This document shows, piece by piece, positions 60,333 to 64,000 of a stretch of 64,000 bases of DNA (its first letter is position 1; each line of letters opens with the position of its first letter). The notes beneath the pieces are model-generated. The model saw only the letters and a list, made by a program, of their open reading frames with translations. It was not told where the DNA came from and searched no databases. Location: contig CP011210.1 in assembly GCA_001029675.1 (NCBI GenBank), forward strand, positions 128,193 through 192,192, written 5' to 3'. The position numbers and the translations under genes were made by a program. The stretch comes from Candidatus Beckwithbacteria bacterium GW2011_GWC1_49_16 (GTDB taxonomy: Bacteria > Patescibacteriota > Microgenomatia > UBA1400 > CG1-02-47-37).

Positions 60333-60872
60333 TTATGCTTGTTTTTGAGCCCATAGTAGATATGATTTTATGTCTGAAAGATAGTTTTTTATAGTCGACG
60401 GCGACAAGCTTTGATTTTCTAAATAATTTTTATATAGACCCATAATATCTTTCACTTTTGTGGCGGGGACTGATGAAAGTTTGTCGGTGGGGTCGGCTTC
60501 GGCGCGGCCGGTGGCAGCTAAAAATTCACCAAAACGTTTTAGCGACGAAAGGTGGCGGTTGGCGGTGGCGGCGGGGTATGAGTTTTGTAAAAATTGTTGG
60601 TAAGCGAGGCAAACGGCGGCGGTGATGTGACCGGCATTGATTATCTTTTCCTGGAGAGACTGACTAAGCCAGGTTAAGAAGCGGTTGACGTCGGACAGAT
60701 AGTTGGCGATTGACGAGGCGGAGAGGTTTTTTTGGCCTTCAAGGAAGCTTTTAAAGGCTTCAGCCAGGGGTTGGAGAGAGCCAGAGAGAGTCAGGATAGA
60801 GGCCGGAAGCGGCTGGGACAGTGATTGGGGCAGGGTTTTGGGGGTATGGTTGAGGTTAGATAAGGCAGGCAT
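60333..60872 (-). CDS. protein of tandem phage-integrase N-terminal SAM-like domains, no catalytic domain
   Basis: FKSFL....LSASSIANYLSDVNRFLTWL, ATANRHLSSLKRF.EFL, YKNYL....SPSTIKNYLSDIKSYLLW. Confidence 0.85.
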   Translation of the reverse strand: MPALSNLNHTPKTLPQSLSQPLPASILTLSGSLQPLAEAFKSFLEGQKNLSASSIANYLSDVNRFLTWLSQSLQEKIINAGHITAAVCLAYQQFLQNSYPAATANRHLSSLKRFGEFLAATGRAEADPTDKLSSVPATKVKDIMGLYKNYLENQSLSPSTIKNYLSDIKSYLLWAQKQA

Positions 60873-60879
60873 AGGTTTA

Positions 60880-60918
60880 GCCTGCGTAGGCAGCCGGACA
60901 GACGCTGCCTACGCAGGC
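60880..60918. repeat. perfect 15-bp inverted repeat
   Basis: GCCTGCGTAGGCAGC-9 nt-GCTGCCTACGCAGGC. Confidence 0.85.
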
Positions 60919-60931
60919 AGTAATAAAAAAG

Positions 60932-61114
60932 CTAGTAAGGCAGGCTTAGGGCCCAGCTAAGGGTTGCTAGGGCGGTAAGTAAGCTAATTAGGGCGGTAAA
61001 CTCCACCACCAGTTGAGCTGCCCTGTTGCGGAAAATGGCTTTGAGGTTTAACTTAATCGCTCTGGGCGGAGTCAGGATGATCGGCAGGGTGGGGAAAGCG
61101 GTGACGGTGGACAT
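60932..61114 (-). CDS. small single-TM protein
   Basis: 60 aa with a C-terminal hydrophobic helix; AGAAAGG upstream of ATG. Confidence 0.55.
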   Translation of the reverse strand: MSTVTAFPTLPIILTPPRAIKLNLKAIFRNRAAQLVVEFTALISLLTALATLSWALSLPY

Positions 61115-61250
61115 AATTTGCCTTTCTTTTCTCTACCTCTGTAATTAGATTAAATTACAAGAGATTATTTGATAACTTCTTGTTCTATACTAAGAAGAAA
61201 AAGAGCCTGTAAACAACAGACCAAAAAAGCAACTTTTTTACAGGCTTAAA

Positions 61251-61278
61251 TTTCTAATTTCTAATTTCTAATTGCTAA
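61251..61278. repeat. heptamer array TTTCTAA x4
   Basis: TTTCTAA x3 plus TTGCTAA. Confidence 0.8.
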
Positions 61279-61366
61279 AAATTATTTCATGTGGTTTTCA
61301 TGGGCAGTTGTTTGACTACATCAAAATATATAATTGTAATATTAACAATGTCGGCATCTGGCTTGT

Positions 61367-61401
61367 TTACGGATTACGGTTTACGGATTACGGTTTACGG
61401 A
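61367..61401. repeat. heptamer array TTACGGW x5
   Basis: Alternating TTACGGA/TTACGGT. Confidence 0.9.
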
Positions 61402-61408
61402 TTAAAGC

Positions 61409-61451
61409 TTGACAGCCAAGATAGCGCAGTGTTATGGTGTAGTTAACTACA
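61409..61451 (+). promoter_or_regulatory. promoter and 14-bp palindromic operator upstream of PaaX-like gene
   Basis: TTGACA 61409-61414, TATGGT 61433-61438, TGTAGTTAACTACA 61438-61451. Confidence 0.55.
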
Positions 61452-61466
61452 ATTAAACAATGCGCT

Positions 61467-62240
61467 ATGCGAGAATTGAAGCTCAAACTACTTTTTTCCC
61501 TTGCCAGCGAGCAGGATTTTTTCCGCCTTAGCGAAGGTTATGATTACCGGCCTTACCGGCATCTTTACAGGCTTTTGAGCGAGTTTAGAGCCGGTTCGGT
61601 CAGGGACGCGGCAGTCAGGCTGGTTAAGGCAGGAATGATGGATAAAATCGTCAGAAACAGGCAGCCTTTGTTTCGCTTGACCAGCCTGGGTAGAGACCAG
61701 TTGTTGAAGAGTTTACCAAGATTCAAGGGGCAAAGAAAAGTCTGGGATAGGATCTGGCGGATAGTCATTTTTAAAGGGGTGGGAAGAGACGCCAGGCTGG
61801 CAGCCAGAAGGCTTATTAGCTTGGGGTACAAAAGGGTGGCCTCGGGGGTGTATTTGACGCCGCTGTCGGTGTCAGAGGAGACCAAGGAGCTAATTTTAGC
61901 TAAAACTTGGACAAAAGAGGCGTTTGTGATCGCTTCCCGTCGGTTTATTATCGGGGACGACTTTGAACTGGCTAAAAATTTGTGGGACCTGGATAAGAAA
62001 GCTCAAGAATATGCTGATTTTGTCAGTAGGGCCGAAACTCTGCTAAAAAAATCCAGGCGTAGTTTGATAGCCCTACAGCAGTCCAAAGGCGGCTTTAAAG
62101 ATGTCTTTGATGACTATTTTAGGTTGAATTTGACCGACCCGGGTTTGCCCAAGAAACTGCTGCCGCCGGATTGGCAAGAAGAGAAGGCCAGAGAGGTGTT
62201 TTTGCGCTTAGTGGAGCTGGCTAAAACCGCAAAAATCTAG
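61467..62240 (+). CDS. PaaX family transcriptional regulator
   Basis: wHTH SVR.A..RL...G, LT..G, WD..WRIV.F, LWDL, DPGLPK.LLP.DW. Confidence 0.88.
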   Translation: MRELKLKLLFSLASEQDFFRLSEGYDYRPYRHLYRLLSEFRAGSVRDAAVRLVKAGMMDKIVRNRQPLFRLTSLGRDQLLKSLPRFKGQRKVWDRIWRIVIFKGVGRDARLAARRLISLGYKRVASGVYLTPLSVSEETKELILAKTWTKEAFVIASRRFIIGDDFELAKNLWDLDKKAQEYADFVSRAETLLKKSRRSLIALQQSKGGFKDVFDDYFRLNLTDPGLPKKLLPPDWQEEKAREVFLRLVELAKTAKI

Positions 62241-62244
62241 GAAA

Positions 62245-63375
62245 TCAAGATTGATATCTTTTGATATCTTTTGAATAGGTTCTGATGAGCCAGGCAATAA
62301 GGAATGTAGCCAAGAAGGTGAGACCGATGGTTATGAAGTGCGGGCGGGTCAAAGCCAGGTACAAAAGAATCAAGTCGGCCAGCCATAAAGGAATGAGGCT
62401 GGGGTTGGGCTGGCGTTTTCTTAAAAGATAAATCTGCCACAGTAGTAGCAGGATAATGATCCAGGGAAGGTAGAAGATGAAAGCGGCTCTTGCCGGGGCT
62501 AAAGGAAAGGCCTGGAGGATTTCCGGAAGAGTTGGCAGGCTCGGCCGGGGCAAAAAGGGCAGGCCGGGGAGGGTGATTTGGGGTAGGGGTGAGGGTAAAG
62601 AGATGACGATTGGGGGATAGGCCTGGCTTATTTCTAGGGTAAAAGGGGGCAGGGTAGCGGTGTTTCCTGGCGTATCAGACGAGGAAACGGTGACGGTGTA
62701 GCTGCCTGGAGGCAGAGCGTAGGGTGGGGCGAGGTTGAAGGAGCCGTCGGCGGCAACTAAGGTAGAAAAATTGACGCTTTTTGGGCCGACTAAAGAAATG
62801 GTGAGGGTAGCGTTGGCTTCGGACTGCCCCGCAAAACCCGGCTGGCGCTGGCTGGTAGTGAAGGTTAGGCCGGAAGGAATGGTGGAGTGGTCGAGTGACG
62901 ACAGGTTGGTGTCGTGTTCGGCTACCTGGCTGACCAGGATCAAGGGAGCGGTGACATCGATGGTAAAAACCCAGGTGGCCGAGTCGCGGCTAAGGGTGTT
63001 ACTGCCTATGGCTTTAATCATCCAGGTGTGCTGGCCTTCGGTTAACGCCGAGAGGGCCTGGGCGGCGATGGTGGTGTACGATTGGGGGATGTGGTCGGTG
63101 TTTTTTTTGCCGTCGAGCCAGAGTTGGTAGTGGGTGACAGAGGTTTCCCCCAAGGAGGGGTCGAAAATGAAGTTGGGGGCGCGGGTAGAGATGGTGGAGC
63201 CGTTTTCAGGCGAGATTAAGACAGGAATATCAGGCGGGTTAGTTTGGGGAACGGTGGCGGTGACGCTGGCCGAGCCGGATTGGGGGTTTTCCACGGCGAG
63301 AGCCGGAGAGAAATAGACGATGGCCGCGGCAGCAGCCATGATTACCCCCGTGGTGGTTTTACTCGACCAACTCAT
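62245..63375 (-). CDS. secreted Ig-like-domain protein with C-terminal TM segments
   Basis: Signal peptide, P.L.SP.NG, L.EG.HTW, ID.TAP, GSYTVTV...D..GN; Pro-rich linker and TMs. Confidence 0.78.
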   Translation of the reverse strand: MSWSSKTTTGVIMAAAAAIVYFSPALAVENPQSGSASVTATVPQTNPPDIPVLISPENGSTISTRAPNFIFDPSLGETSVTHYQLWLDGKKNTDHIPQSYTTIAAQALSALTEGQHTWMIKAIGSNTLSRDSATWVFTIDVTAPLILVSQVAEHDTNLSSLDHSTIPSGLTFTTSQRQPGFAGQSEANATLTISLVGPKSVNFSTLVAADGSFNLAPPYALPPGSYTVTVSSSDTPGNTATLPPFTLEISQAYPPIVISLPSPLPQITLPGLPFLPRPSLPTLPEILQAFPLAPARAAFIFYLPWIIILLLLWQIYLLRKRQPNPSLIPLWLADLILLYLALTRPHFITIGLTFLATFLIAWLIRTYSKDIKRYQS

Positions 63376-64000
63376 AGTAGGTGTTTTTTCCTTTACCCTT
63401 TCGGATAATTAACTTTAACCTGATGAGTCGGTTAAAATCCAGCGCCCGGGTAGCTTTAGCTCGTTTTACCAGTCTGGCATAGTCTTTATCGGTAATAAAC
63501 AGGTGGTTAGTCAGGTAATCAAGAATTTTCTGATGATGCAGTTCTAACCTGCTGTCGGGCGTTAAGTTGATTTGGGGCAGCAGTTTTTGGACTCTCAAGA
63601 GTTCATCGATAATGCCGGCAGTAAAGTATTCCAGCCAGCCGGTAAAGTCGATTTTGTCTTTGAGATAGTAGAAATCGCCTTTTTCGCCAACAATGTCAAA
63701 ATATTCGCTGACGTTTTGGTTGTAGTAGTTTTCAAAGCTGAATAAGTGAAAGGTGTTTAAACCTAAACTTGCCAGTAAGGCTTTGGTGGTGATTCTGGCG
63801 GTTCGGCCGTTGCCGTCCATAAAAGGATGAATCAGGACAATTTGTTTGTGGAAAATACCGGCGATGATTAAAGGGTCGGCGGCTGCTTGGTTTTTATTGA
63901 CAAAGGCGATTAGGTTTTTAACCAACGGTTTGACGTCGTTGGCGTCCGGCGGCAGAAAGACTACCTGGCCGGTTTTAGGGTTGTTAACCGTTACCGGCAG
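63359..64000 (-). CDS. Fic family protein, 5' end outside window
   Basis: HPFMDGNGRTAR, C-terminal HTH; frame open to the window edge. Confidence 0.9.
   Translation of the reverse strand: MPVTVNNPKTGQVVFLPPDANDVKPLVKNLIAFVNKNQAAADPLIIAGIFHKQIVLIHPFMDGNGRTARITTKALLASLGLNTFHLFSFENYYNQNVSEYFDIVGEKGDFYYLKDKIDFTGWLEYFTAGIIDELLRVQKLLPQINLTPDSRLELHHQKILDYLTNHLFITDKDYARLVKRAKATRALDFNRLIRLKLIIRKGKGKNTYYELVE

Noticed and set aside
59953-60354. 133-aa ORF between the SAM gene and the giant gene
   Set aside because: AT-rich, low-complexity translation with no motif, overlapping the upstream stop; probably non-coding, though not excluded.
60333-60872. Functional integrase or prophage boundary
   Set aside because: No catalytic tyrosine-recombinase domain and no capsid, terminase or portal genes.
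61251-62240. CRISPR locus (repeats next to a PaaX protein with a Cas2-like middle domain)
   Set aside because: Repeats are contiguous 7-mers without spacers; no cas genes.

Overview
A 64-kb chromosomal segment of a Patescibacteria (CPR) bacterium, most likely Microgenomates/OP11, judged from 16S signatures, archaeal-type PyrH, an ATP-dependent DNA ligase and type IV pilins. It holds housekeeping genes (guaB-like, lig, pth, acyP, pyrH, trxA/B, mnmA, rpsA, radA, rho, obgE) and one rRNA operon (16S, tRNA-Ile, tRNA-Ala, 23S with an L1931 group I intron encoding a LAGLIDADG protein, and an expanded 5S). It also has a pilin/dprA/comM/yraN competence cluster, a sortase with its substrate, an ATP-grasp/7TM module, and a 2547-aa fibre-like membrane protein with an integrase-type SAM-like N-terminus. 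The strongest unexplained signal is a pervasive layer of tiny structured DNA elements tolerated inside essential genes and rRNA. These are: (i) about 37-bp hairpin doublets of CACTCCCGGAGTG/CACCTCCGAGGTG sitting in-frame in six conserved genes; (ii) a 151-bp MITE-like in-frame insertion in mnmA; (iii) heptamer arrays, inverted around a four-helix-bundle gene and also inside CDSs; (iv) CCGAC-N-GTCGG hairpins capping many rRNA helices. Two integrase-less 944-bp islands bounded by direct repeats (ligase 3' end; tRNA-Ile 3' end inside the rRNA spacer) are also visible. All calls were made by eye from motifs; no database searches were run.
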